Shown: positions 33,990-45,094 of the stretch, one piece after another
Layout: each line of letters begins with the position of its first letter
Numbering within the stretch: the stretch's first letter is position 1
Made by a program: the position numbers and the translations under genes
The notes under the pieces: generated by a model
Told to the model about the DNA's origin: nothing
Databases searched by the model: none
What the model saw: only the letters and a program-made list of their open reading frames with translations
Source: Naegleria gruberi
Taxonomy: Eukaryota
Length of the DNA stretch: 64,000 nucleotides
Strand: one strand, 5' to 3'
Assembly (NCBI GenBank): GCA_000004985.1
Contig: GG738887.1

Positions 33990-35368
33990 TTATGGTTGAA
34001 CATTCCAATCATTCTTTTCATCCCATTCTCTTACTCGAATTCTCTTTTCTTTTGTCAAGTTGGCTCCTTTCAATAGAACTGTATTAACCAAATTAGATTC
34101 CTGACTAAAGTCACGAGGTCCATAATTGCAGGTAATTGTGTATTGTGGCAATAAACCCATTCTAAGATAACATTCAGCCACAAATTCAGAACAGAATACA
34201 TTAGCATCATTGGATTGAGTATTTCTCTTAATGACACATTTCAATAATTCAGATTTTGAAGTTTCGTATTTCTTATCAATGGAAATCTTCAAATAATCAA
34301 CAAGTGTTGGGAATTGATCCACAATATTCTCATCCTTTGGTCTATTATCCATTGAAGGAATGTTCAATCTTCTCAAACAACACAAATCAGTTGGATCTCT
34401 TTCCAAATAATCCATAAACCACTTTCTCAATTCTACTAATTGAATTCCACCACCTTCCTTATTGTCCACAGTATCAGTTTCAGATTCTGCAACAAAAACA
34501 GTTGAAAATCTTGATGAAGCATCAACTTGAACCTTATACAATTCCAATAATTCTTTCGGTGGATTTCTAATAATAATCGACAAGTGAGACCAAGTTGATG
34601 AAAATCCCAATTGAATAGCTTTTGAGAAAGTTCCCTTTCCAGAATGCAACAAGACATCACCAGTTCTCAATTCATCATAAATATCCTCCAAATACTCTAC
34701 ACCAAACAAGTTATCCAATCGTTGAGATTCCTTTTCTGAAATATTTCCACTCAAAATTGATTTTAAACTTCTTCCTCTACTGGCGAAACCTCTTCCCTTC
34801 TCATTCTTGTATTCATTTAAAAAGTTGGTCAAGTCAATTTGTGGAATATTCTCAGAGAGTGAATCAACGAAACCATCATTAATTTGAAAGTTGAGAGGTT
34901 CAATTCGAATATGTAAACTTCCTTTTGGAACTCCTTGCAAGTTTAGCCACATTTCGAATGGTTTCTTCTCTTCCAATTTGAGAGTAGAAAGTGAAACTGC
35001 TATGAATCCCAATGAATCATCTCCTGTGAATTTGTCCTTATCATATAATTGACAAATTAGGACATATTGTTCTGGATTGTGATCGAGTGGAATTTCAAAA
35101 GTTTCATTCCAGACAGGATTTAATGAGTTGGAAATTACATGAGTCTTGAACTGTTCCTTCTTTTTACCTCCGAGCCAGGCAACACAGTATGGATCAGAAA
35201 CGTCACCTTTTTAGTGATTGTTAATTTTGACACCTGTCAAAACTTACCATTTTTACCAGAATCAGTGTTGATCAAATTTTTAGCTTCCAAGATGGTGAGT
35301 TTCATGTGGAAGGTTTTGAAAGAGCTGAAAGTCTTGTCAACTCCAAAGTGTTTTGGTGTGATTGGCAT
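33990..35368 (-). CDS. C2-domain protein with C-terminal LRAT/NlpC-P60-superfamily (His...Cys) domain, about 445 aa, 2 exons
   Basis: The ORF-track start (35012) is a TTG artefact; the frame continues upstream. Exon 1 is 35248-35368 (ATG at 35368 after an A8 run; MPITPKHFGVDKTFSSFKTFHMKLTILEAKNLINTDSGKN). Intron is 35207-35247 (GTAAGT...CACTAAAAAG, 41 bp, phase 1). Exon 2 is 33990-35206. The spliced N-terminus gives a textbook C2 domain (GDVSDPYCVAWLGGKKKEQFKTHVISNSLNPVWNETFEIPLDHNPEQYVLICQLYDKDKFTGDDSLG). The C-terminal region has TWSHLSIII (His) and NVFCSEFVAECY (Cys), resembling the H-box and NCEHF box of LRAT/PPPDE-like papain-fold domains. Confidence 0.72.
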
Positions 35369-35791
35369 TTTTTTTGATTGTGAATTTGATTACTGACAGC
35401 GCTCCATCTTGTTACCCAAAACGACATTTATGGCAAGGTGGTTGTTGCATGATTTTTCATTGTAATTCATTGATGATCCAAGTTTCTTCTAGAATAGTGC
35501 TCTTTCGATTTGCAATTTTATTCGAAAGGTCAGTTCTAATAAATTTCCAAAAAGGTTTCGATTAAGGTTTTTTGAGGAACTTTAACTTTCTGTAGTTGTG
35601 TCCAATATTGTAAATAAATATATATTGAAAAAAAATATTGTAAATTATAAGAAGTGATTCAACTGTTTTTCATATTTCTAAAAAGGTTTCGAATAACATT
35701 CATGATTGCCATTTTTTAAAAATCTACTTGCCAGATGTGATCATCAATTCTCCAACAGTCAAATCCAATCATTTACCGAACCAGTAATATC

Positions 35792-38042
35792 ATGTCAAAA
35801 AAAATGTCATCAATTAAATTGATTACTGTCATTTGCTTTTTGTGCATGTTAAATGTTGTTTTTGCACAAATTCCAAACAACAAGGCTGTTATGGGAGGTA
35901 ACTTGGGAGGTATGTAGAATAAGCCAAATATTTAATTTACTTTCGAATAATAGGCTTAGGTAAGTTTCGTATTATTTTACATCGAGTTTCGAATATTTTC
36001 ACACAGCCGACTATTCTAATAATTTGGTTTTCATCGATGCCATGAGAACTGCTCGTTATGTAAGTGCTTTTATATATTTTTTTTAACATTCAAAGTGGGG
36101 TCAAGCAGATGCTCCATGGAACACTTTACCAGTTGACCAATACAATCAAGATTCGTATCCAGTTGGATATTCTGCTGGTACAGTTGTTTTCATTCAACCT
36201 GCAGGTACTGTCAATGGAACTTATTATTTTCAAGGTGATGGACAGTTGACAGTCGATTTGGTTGCTAGCTCAGATTGTGAATTGGTCAATTTCACATATT
36301 CAAATGGAAAGACAACTGGTTATATTGTAGTTGGTGATCAAGCTACTCAACTCATGTTAGGATTCACTCAACCAACAAACACATCTTTCCAAAACATTCG
36401 TCTAATTCGTCCAGGTTTCACCATTCAAGATGCTGACACTCTCATCTTTCTTCCAAGCTTTATTCAAGATATTAAGGATTTGAAATTGATTAGAATGATG
36501 GATTGGTGCTCTACGAATGCAAATCCAATTACAAAATGGAGTGAAAGAGCTAGATCAACAATTTCAACATTCTCAACAAGCAAAGGAATTTCATACGAAA
36601 CTATAATTGCTTTGGCAAATATGCATGATAAGGAAGTTTGGGTAAATATTCCAGCAATGGTCGATGAAGATTACATTTTACAAATGGCAAAGCTTTTTAA
36701 GGAAAAATTGAGTCCAAATCGAGTTTTTTATTTGGAATATTCGAATGAAATTTGGAATTCAGGTTTCGAACAAACAGATTGGAATTTTAATTATGCAGAA
36801 TATTTGGTAACTGTTGGGAATATGACTATTTTCAATTATGATCAGGTGAATAACAAGTATACTTGGGGATTTAGAAGAACTGGTTATGTGGCCTATCGTA
36901 TTTCTGAAATATTTGCATCTGTTTTTGGAGAAAGCAAACGAAACACTCAATTTAGAGTTGTTTTGGCTGGTCAAGGTGCCAATTCATATATTGTTAGTCA
37001 AGGTTTACAAATGATTGAGAAATTTGGAGCTCCTTCCAAATATCTCTATGCCATCGCCTCAGCTCCATATTTCCAAATTGACAATAATTATTCTGGAACC
37101 ATGTCCAAAGATGCTGTTCTAAATGAATTGGAATATCAAATGAATAGATCACCAGCTGTCTATGATTATGGTAATTACATTTGCATGGCCAAATTCTATG
37201 GCCTCAAACATATGGCTTACGAAGGTGGACCAGATACTTTCGGACCTTACAATATTCAATCTAAGAGATTGGCATCATTCGAACCAAGAATGAAACAGAT
37301 TACCATTGATTTTTTGAGAAATTGGTTCAGTTATGGATTTGATGCCTTCGTGTGGTATACTGTTAGCTATGGAGGTTATGATTCACAATATGGAACTTGG
37401 GGATGGGCTGAATATATTTCAGATTCGTATAAGCCAAAGAGAGAGGGAATTCTCTATATGGTCAATAATCCAAACGTTCCTTACAATACTACTGTATTTA
37501 AACTATTTGCAGGACCAGTCAATTCAATTTTAAGCACTCCTGCTGTCAAGCATCAATTGGCTGACTCTTCTTCAAGTGCTACTGTTCTTGCCTCAGCTCA
37601 ATTGGACTCTGTTTATTATTATCCAATGATTAATACTAGACGTGGTATTTATTCAGTCAGAATTGAAGCTGCCAATGTCTTGAATGGTGGAGGATATCTT
37701 GGAATTTATATGAATAATGTTAAATTAGGATCTGTTCTTTCGAATTCTGCTGTATATAATTTTACAATTCCAATTAATTCTGGAATTATTGAAAAGGGAC
37801 TCAATGTTGTTACAATGGTCATTGAAACAGACAGAGCTCTCAATATTAGAACTGTCAATGTCACTCTAATTCAAGAAGTTGCTGAGCCAGTTCCAACACC
37901 AACACCAATTCCAGCACTCATTTCCACAGTTAGCAATAATGATAATAGAACAATTACAATTTCCACCTCTTCAACTCTCACCATGAACGTAATGATTGCC
38001 TTATCTGCATTATTATTCATCACTTTATTCATCCAATTGTAA
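35792..38042 (+). CDS. Secreted glycoside-hydrolase-like protein (TIM-barrel clan GH-A-like, NE motif) with Ser/Thr/Pro linker and C-terminal hydrophobic (GPI-anchor-like) tail; 3 or 4 exons
   Basis: ATG at 35792 (a second ATG at 35804). The signal peptide is MSKKMSSIKLITVICFLCMLNVVFA. Exon 1 is 35792-35909 (phase 1). Intron is 35910-36006 (GTATGT...CACACAG); alternatively two introns (35910-35953 and 35960-36006) flank a 6-nt micro-exon GCTTAG. Exon 2 is 36007-36059. Intron is 36060-36095 (GTAAGT...CAAAG, 36 bp). Exon 3 is 36096-38042, in frame with the ORF-track ORF. LEYSNEIWN resembles the catalytic acid/base NE(P) motif of clan GH-A. The C-terminus is EPVPTPTPIPA...TISTSSTLT followed by MIALSALLFITLFIQL. 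Confidence 0.65.
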
Positions 38043-38300
38043 ATGATAATGTAATATATTTATATTTCTTACATATTTACAAATAAATAAATCACATATA
38101 TTATCATGTGAACTTTGATACAACAAGTTCATTAGCGCGAGAGTGAGGACCCTTAAATCCTTCTATCTTCTTTTTGCGTTACCGTAAATTTTCTACTGTA
38201 AACAACAAATTAGAAGGGTCGCAATCAATAATCGCAAAAACTTTCACACAAAAAAAAACCTTAATAGTGTCATTAAGCACACTGAGAGAGATTGAGAGAA

Positions 38301-38822
38301 ATGGTGCGCGTAGAACCTTCGCCTAGTCCGTTAGCTGGTGGATATTCTTCATCACCTTCCTACTCGCCGAATATGGTTGAGCCAGTAAGAAGTCATCATG
38401 ATCATGGCTCGCCTTATTATACGACTGGTAATGGAGTTGGTCATGGGAATGGAAATGCTGTTTTTACTCAGCATCAGAGGTAAGTTGTGGATGGATTAAA
38501 AGTGTTGAAAAGTGTTAAGAGTTGTGGTTTCCACTAGTAATGAAGAAATAATTCGAAAGAATGATGAAATTGCATTGATAATGTTTATGTTTGGATTGGG
38601 ATTTCCTCTGATATGGTTGTTATTAGCAATTCTGACAGCAAGGAATAGAGAAAAGTATGGACCTAAAGCAAGAAAGGTAAGTTTCAGATAGAAAAGTATT
38701 CGAATTGTTAAATCTTCTAGTTGGGAAAAGTTGCAATCTTTCTATTTATCATTGCTGTGATCGGTAGCGTAACAATTTCTATTTTAAGTGTTGTTTTGAG
38801 AATAGTTTTGAGACCTGTATGA
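38301..38822 (+). CDS. Small two-TM membrane protein with Pro/Ser/Tyr-rich N-terminus, about 141 aa, 3 exons
   Basis: ATG at 38301 (ORF-track start 38292 is TTG). Exon 1 is 38301-38479. Intron is 38480-38537 (GTAAGT...CCACTAG, 58 bp). Exon 2 is 38538-38676. Intron is 38677-38720 (GTAAGT...TTCTAG, 44 bp). Exon 3 is 38721-38822 (stop TGA). Phases are consistent (2,0). The protein is MVRVEPSPSPLAGGYSSSPSYSPNMVEP...QHQRSNEEIIRKNDEIALIMFMFGLGFPLIWLLLAILTARNREKYGPKARKLGKVAIFLFIIAVIGSVTISILSVVLRIVLRPV, with two hydrophobic helices. Confidence 0.55.
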
Positions 38823-38967
38823 AATATTCAATTTTTCCAGTTGAGTGAAAGATTACAATTAGTCCAAATTTGGAAAGTTAAAATCTTTGCAAATATCAAA
38901 AGATTTTTTCCACAAATTAGTTAATTAGCTAGTAAACAGTATATTATTGAGAATAATTGAAAAGAAA

Positions 38968-39426
38968 ATGCATGAATGTGTTTGTTATTTGGATTGGAAC
39001 ATTGCCTCCCGAGAATTGCAAGATAACTTTCGTCTAGTTTCAGCAAAGATTGTTATTAAATCTGCTCTACTGGCAAACATTCAATACTATCCACAAATGG
39101 TGAGTCAATTATTCGAATGTTATCCACATGATGAAGAAGAACAAGACTTTCGAATAACCCAGACGAAACAATTACTAAAATCTGATTTGGACATTATCAA
39201 ACAAGCTCTCAAGCATCACGAAACAACACTTAAACTCATCGACCTCGAACTTGCCTCTAATTTGGAAATAGTTTCACTCTCAGTTCATTACCACATCCAC
39301 TCAATCAAACATGCACCAAGAATTGTTCGTTCTAATGAGAAATTTATGAAAGAATTGATTGCTAAATATCCTCAACATGGCGAACTTCTTCAATTTGAAA
39401 TAAATCAAGAAACGAAAATTAAATGA
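38968..39426 (+). CDS. Hypothetical protein, about 153 aa
   Basis: ORF 38947-39426 with a TTG track start; the first ATG is at 38968 (AAAGAAAATG context). No recognised domain. Upstream exons are possible. Confidence 0.4.
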   Translation: MHECVCYLDWNIASRELQDNFRLVSAKIVIKSALLANIQYYPQMVSQLFECYPHDEEEQDFRITQTKQLLKSDLDIIKQALKHHETTLKLIDLELASNLEIVSLSVHYHIHSIKHAPRIVRSNEKFMKELIAKYPQHGELLQFEINQETKIK

Positions 39427-39492
39427 CATTGAATTATTTTGGAAGTTACCAAATTTGAAATTGAAAATTAAATTTTTTCTGCAATTTTTCTG

Positions 39493-41051
39493 TTAGATAT
39501 TGCACTGATTTTTAAATTCATCTCCCATGAATTGGCAAGACAATGATAAAAACCATGCAGAAAATAATGACAGTGTCAATGGACATAATAAATAATGCCA
39601 CAACAAGAGCTCACAAACTTGTTCCTGTCCAAAATCATTGTTTAAACTGGAGAGTGATGTGAGTGACATGGCCATTGGCATTGAAAATTGGATGAGAATA
39701 ACGAGAATTAATAGAGGATCGTTGGCAGGCAAGATTTTCAAGTAAATTCCAACATAAACTAAACTAACTCCTATTAAAGGAAATATGATTAATTTGGTAA
39801 TTAGTGAAATTACAATTGCTAATGGATGAATTTTCTTAATTTTGAATATTTTCAAAATTCCAATCAGTGTCTGTTTGAATTTTTGCAATATTGCCTGAAT
39901 TCGGTTTTGATTAATTTGCCCGTTCATATTGGAAACTTCAACCGAATCGTTTTCTTCTTCATTCATCAAGGTAATTCCCAAATTTCCTCCCAAAATGATA
40001 AGAGCAGCAGGAGACACAGCTTGTGAAAACACTTTACAAATATTCTTCAATGAGGAAACAAACATTGGTGGATTCTCAATTAGAAATTCCTTAGCTGGTT
40101 TGATTAGTGCTATTACAATGGCAACAAAAATGGAAATCAAGGGAGGAGATAATAAGTTCGACAATAATTCTTTGAAATTTTCCCAATTGTTTTGAAAAAA
40201 AGTTTCAATCGTTCAATGATGGTTTGGTTGCGTTGAATTTGGTGATTTTCAGGTTGCATTTCAATGGCCAAATTTAGCTGAGAAATAGTTTCAGATTCCT
40301 CTATATGTTCTTTGATTTCAGGTATTTCTTCAAATATTTCATGTTCCAACTCATTAGAAAGTGAAATTTCATTCGAATCTTCTCTATTCTCCTCCATAAT
40401 TGACTGATTTACCAATAATTCTCTTTTCAATCGAGCAGCTCCATATCTAAATGCATTAAATCCAATCGTACAAAACACAAACTCTGTAGGAATGATAAAA
40501 ACCGAAAGTGTGGTCAATGCACTTTTGTGAGCTTCATCAAATGTCATTTTGTAAACTGGATTTGAAGATAAAGTTGAAACATTACACAATGCAACAATGT
40601 ACACCAATGGTAAGGACACAGAAGTATGACAAACCAATGTCAAAGTCAAAACAGTTCTAGAAATATCATCCAATCGATCCTTCCAAAACCATTTCAAAAA
40701 CAACAACTTTCCCAACACAATTCCCAACACTTCCAGAATGACACTGTAAAGAAAGACCATATAAATCTTTTGGAATACTTGCAAGGAAAAGCTTGTGGTT
40801 AAATTAATGAAAAACATGCAAGGAATAAAGAGATTGAACCACAACTTGGAAAGGAATCGAATTCTGTCACTATTCAAAATTTTCACTGGTTTGAATTTGG
40901 CCAAAATGAATCCGATGGAACATTCCAGAATGACTTCAATGGTAGAGCTCAAGCTGGTGAGAAATAGCACGATCAATACAGACATGGACATATTCGATCC
41001 TTCTCCTGATGATTGATTTGTGGAGTAAAGTTGTGGAAGGTTTAGGGACAT
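39493..41051 (-). CDS. Auxin-efflux-carrier (AEC/Mem_trans) family membrane transporter; reading frame interrupted by a 1-nt frameshift (or sequencing error) at an A7 run 40195-40201
   Basis: Two abutting same-strand ORFs, 40137-41051 and 39493-40164. The ATG at 41051 has a poly-A context. The N-terminal half has 5 TM helices (ILECSIGFILAKF...), then a hydrophilic Glu-rich loop. The C-terminal half has about 5 TM helices with a PAALIILGGNLG-type motif. Adding or removing one A/T in the homopolymer at 40195-40201 fuses the frames as ...IIERLKLFFQNNWENFKELLSNLLSPPLISIF.... No GTAAGT donor is available to explain the break by splicing. Confidence 0.7.
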
Positions 41052-41397
41052 TTTTTTCGAATGGTTGTGGCACTGATTATTGATTCACCCACATACCCAC
41101 AAATCAGATTATTGAATATCAGTAACCTATTACACCTGTGTAATTGGTAATATAAATGGGCGATCATTGAATATTTCCAAAACCTCCACCGACAACTTCC
41201 AACTGGTCAATTACTAATTGAATGATCTTGATAGTGGATGGATTGAGAGCTGTAAAGAGTGGAATCCCTTGTGGTTATTGTTTTACAGGGGAATAGTTCC
41301 TATTTTTTACAAATATAAAAAGTACCATTAGTTTGAAATTATTGTAAAATTTTAATTTCCAAAATTAATTTGAAATTGTTTCAAAATTGAAAACTTT

Positions 41398-42387
41398 TCA
41401 AGCAGTGGAGGCAGAAATTGCCAAAATTACAGAAACAAATACAATAACTCCAATATTGAGTAGAATGATATAAGCCAAATACAAGTAATGTCCATAAATG
41501 GAATAACAAATTGCTGCTATTAAAAAGATGAAAGCTGTCATGAGTAGGATGAGTTGAAGAATAGTAACCTTAAGTAGAGCTCTTCTTGATGTATCTGTTT
41601 TACCCATTTCTCTAATAACCATAATGACTTTCACAGTATTGACCTGTCAAATTTCAATAATTATTACAAAACATCTGATTGGTCAACTTACTATTGAAAA
41701 TATACTTTGAATAAATATTTGAGATATAAATATTGCTGCCATCACAATAAACACTACATTTCCAGAATCTCTTTCCAAAATCTTCAACCAAAACAGCGGA
41801 CTAATGACACTCAAAACCACAACCATTACAAAAAAGGAAATTCCAAAGAAACAAGACAATCCATTGAAAATATACAATAAAACCTTACTGCCCTTCGATT
41901 GATGTTGTCCCTTTGTATGAATCACAGTTTTAAGAAAGATATTTCCAATAAAACACATTGCAATTAAAAGAATGGTGACAGTATTGGTAGAAAAGAAGAT
42001 TTCCAATGAATAGAAACCTTGATCTAGCTCTCTCCAGTAAGATTCAATACCCACTTGTTGTCCAGTGATTGTGCTATTTTCATAAACGAACACATCTCTA
42101 TATTCTTGACTAGTGACATCAAAATTAATTTTGACATGTGTTTCCATCCTATTTCTGATATTCACAACGAATGATTTGGACACAATGCAGAATATCATTC
42201 CCAGAGTCCTAAACACCAACATGATCAATGATAATCCAATCATTACCCATCTATTTCTATTAAACAATCCAAATGAGCGAGATGTCACTCGAGGGCTGTC
42301 ACCAATCGAAGAATTGATTTTACTGTTTGATTTCCCCTTCTTTATGAGATATAGTGAGTAAATAACAATACCGCCTATTAAAATCAT
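41398..42387 (-). CDS. Multi-pass (7TM-like) membrane protein, about 314 aa, 2 exons
   Basis: ATG at 42387 (MILIGGIVIY). The upstream exon is 41692-42387. Intron is 41644-41691 (GTAAGT...TTTGACAG, 48 bp, phase 0). The downstream exon is 41398-41643 and joins ...QSIFSI | VNTVKVIMVIREMGK.... There are about 7 hydrophobic helices and an N-glycosylation-type loop (YENSTITG). The ORF track splits it into 41683-42387 and 41398-41634. Confidence 0.6.
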
Positions 42388-42747
42388 GAAAAAAACAATT
42401 GAAAATGCTAAAACTCCGAATTGACTTGCGAGATATGGATAGAACCCAAGTCAATCGTGAATAAAAGAATGGGTTGGGAAGTTGAGTTGGATAGTTGTAG
42501 AGATGTGGTAGTAGAGAGTGGGGAAGATAATTGTTGCATTTTTTTTAGAGATCTATTAGTTGTGAGTTGACATTTGGCAGTTTACTAATATGGAGACGGG
42601 AAATATTTTGATAACATGGTTAGGTTTGGAGGGTAAGAAAAGATGTATTGATCCCAACATATTTATGAATTATTGGAATGGTTTCGAATACAGTTGAAAT
42701 TACAATTTCTTTTTGGTTTTTGTTTGTAACAGTTAAAGAGATATACT

Positions 42748-43231
42748 TTAATTTAATAATTCTCTAATAGATATCGAAGTTCTATATCGCTTTGTTTGTG
42801 AGTTAGAAAGATTAGTATTCGAAAGAGAGCTAATATTGGAAGAAGAATCACTCGTGATTGAAGGACTTGATGGAGAAGTACAAACAAGACTTGGAATGCT
42901 CTCATTAGGTAAAGGATTAATCGTAGAAGCATGACATTGTCTCATCTTACTTGGTTTCTCAATCAGTTTCTTAGAAGAAAGTGGACGATTCCTCTTATGT
43001 TAGTTTGGGAGGTGTAAACGAAACTGTTGAGACATCTGACTTGAATTTGTGATTACTAGACCTCACTACATAATCAAATTGTTGATGGAATGTAAAGAAA
43101 GGTCCATTACTCATTGGAGTTTTCGAGTATACATCTTTAGACTTGACTTTCATCTTGGGAGTGCTGTTTGTATTCGAAGAGTTATTGGAATCTTCTTGTG
43201 AAAACTCGAGAATTGTTATTTTGAGAGACAT
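42748..43231 (-). other. Pair of Ser/Asn/Thr-rich minus-strand ORFs (78 and 65 aa) of uncertain coding status
   Basis: ORFs 42995-43231 and 42748-42945 are separated by stops in both frames. The low-complexity S/N/T composition resembles protist coding sequence, but no splice-compatible join was found. Confidence 0.2.
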
Positions 43232-43895
43232 TTCGTGTTTTGATGTTGTTGTATTCTTTTCACTTTCGATTTACCAAAAGTTTCGTCTGCTTTCTAATAG
43301 AGCTTCCACACATCACAATAGGGATGTTACTAATCCTATAAAGGAAGGCGATATTTCAACTCTTCATCTTCAGAATTACTTAATAACCGGTCACTCAACA
43401 TCATTAGAAACTTACTTCCCTTCCAATAACATCTCGTCACATGTAAATACTATTCGAAATGGAAAGTCAAAACGAAACTGATCTCAATCATCTAATAATG
43501 TTGCGAAACATTCAGAATTACTTAATTTGACAATTCCAATTCTGCATTTTTGCCACTGACTAATGCACTATTATGTTTCGGTCGATTTAGCCGAAAGAGT
43601 TTCATGTCGTGTAAAGAAATGATAAAATTATCAATTACCTTGTAAGAGAAACTGTGTTAGTGATTGTTCAAGGTAACACTGTTTGTTTGCAATTAACATT
43701 TATCACGAGATGAAGACATTTTGTGTGAATTAGTTCAGTTTCGTTTAGTTTCCATGTTTCAAATAAGACAACAAAATTAAAATTCTAAATAAATAATAAA
43801 TTTATAATAATAATAAATTGTAAATACATGTAATAATAATAATTTTTAAAAATTATCATTCTTCATATAAATATATGTGTGAAAATTCTTCCACA

Positions 43896-44591
43896 TTAAC
43901 TTCTATTATAGGAAATAACAGAAACCAAATAAATAATTGTTCTCCAATCAAAATCTGGAAGTTCAGCCTTCACATTTACTTCCCAAGTTTCCAAAATACT
44001 AGTGAATGGTTTAGTAACAAGTTTTGCATAGACAAGACTTCCATCTGGGGACTTGATATCGATATCTACTGAACCAATTTTAAAGTTCTCTTCAGCATAG
44101 GCAATTTGGACGTTGTTCAATCCATAAATCTTGTATTTACGAAGAATAAATGTCCATTCTTGATCAATCTTGCCAAATGTCTGGAATGGAATTTCAGTAT
44201 CATTTTGACAGACTGTTAAATCAACTTTTTGACCCAAACTGAAAGATGTTCCTCTTCCTTCACAGCTTCCCTTCTCATCAGCAGTCATTAAATCAATACG
44301 ATATGGAATAGCCCATGATCTATACTTCATTCTTCCACTTCTATTCGAAACAGTTGTATCAGTACCATTATAAATATTAAATCTAGCCAATCCGAGATCC
44401 TTTTGCATGGTAATGATAGAACCTAATGGGAAATATTTCAAGTGGTTGGTGCTAGAACAATATTCTGGTGGAATTGAGTTGACTACACCAATAGGAATGA
44501 CAATTGCCAAGACAATAATGACAACACAACAGGAAACGAGACAACCACCAATGTAAATGGCCATTCTGACCCAAGAATCACTTGCACCCAT
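43896..44591 (-). CDS. Type II (N-terminal signal-anchor) membrane protein, 231 aa, unknown function
   Basis: ATG at 44591 (AACAAAATGGGT). A short cytosolic MGASDSWVRM is followed by one TM helice (AIYIGGCLVSCCVVIIVLAIVIPIGVV) and a roughly 190 aa extracytoplasmic beta-rich domain with N-glyc sites. Confidence 0.55.
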   Translation of the reverse strand: MGASDSWVRMAIYIGGCLVSCCVVIIVLAIVIPIGVVNSIPPEYCSSTNHLKYFPLGSIITMQKDLGLARFNIYNGTDTTVSNRSGRMKYRSWAIPYRIDLMTADEKGSCEGRGTSFSLGQKVDLTVCQNDTEIPFQTFGKIDQEWTFILRKYKIYGLNNVQIAYAEENFKIGSVDIDIKSPDGSLVYAKLVTKPFTSILETWEVNVKAELPDFDWRTIIYLVSVISYNRS

Positions 44592-45094
44592 TTTGTTAAC
44601 GCTGATGAATTTGTTTTTTTTTGATGTTGAAATGGATGACTTTTGGCGTTGATGTTTTTATAACGGTCATCAGTTCCTTTGTGGTCTTTTCGTATCAACA
44701 AATATGAAGGGCGAAAGGTCGGTACATGCTTGGAACAATAACGTGTGTGAACTTGTATGAAACCTATTGGAAAGAGCTGTAAGACGAAAGGAATAGAATA
44801 GATAACGATCTTGGATATTATTTGGATAGTGTGTGTCGTGGTATGTTATGGAGCAGAGTTGATTTTCAATGTTTAAAAATGTTTTGATTTTTAAATAATT
44901 ATTGTGAAATTAAACTTGTCGAATATTCGGGTGACATGTGGCATGGACAAAGATTCATTTAGATTCATTTTCTGTAGTTCATGATTATAATTTGGTGAGT
45001 CTTTACAAAAAGTGTGAATAAGTTCAAATTTATTAATTTGGTGGCATTACCTAATGAATATGTTTCTATTCGAAACATTTCCAACAGGCATTTT

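Noticed and set aside
38143-38226. 7-bp inverted repeat GGACCCTT / AAGGGTCC about 60 bp apart upstream of the 38301 gene
   Set aside because: It is too short to distinguish from chance, with no supporting structure or conservation evidence.
42674-42690. tRNA-like T-loop strings (ggtttcgaata and similar, many sites)
   Set aside because: The GGTTCGAAT T-arm consensus is never matched exactly (there is an extra T), and no flanking acceptor or D-arm structure exists. These sites belong to the TTCGAA word enrichment described in the findings.
43143-43481. 112-aa plus-strand ORF
   Set aside because: It overlaps antisense to the S/N-rich minus-strand ORF region, has no ATG context and a non-coding-like composition.
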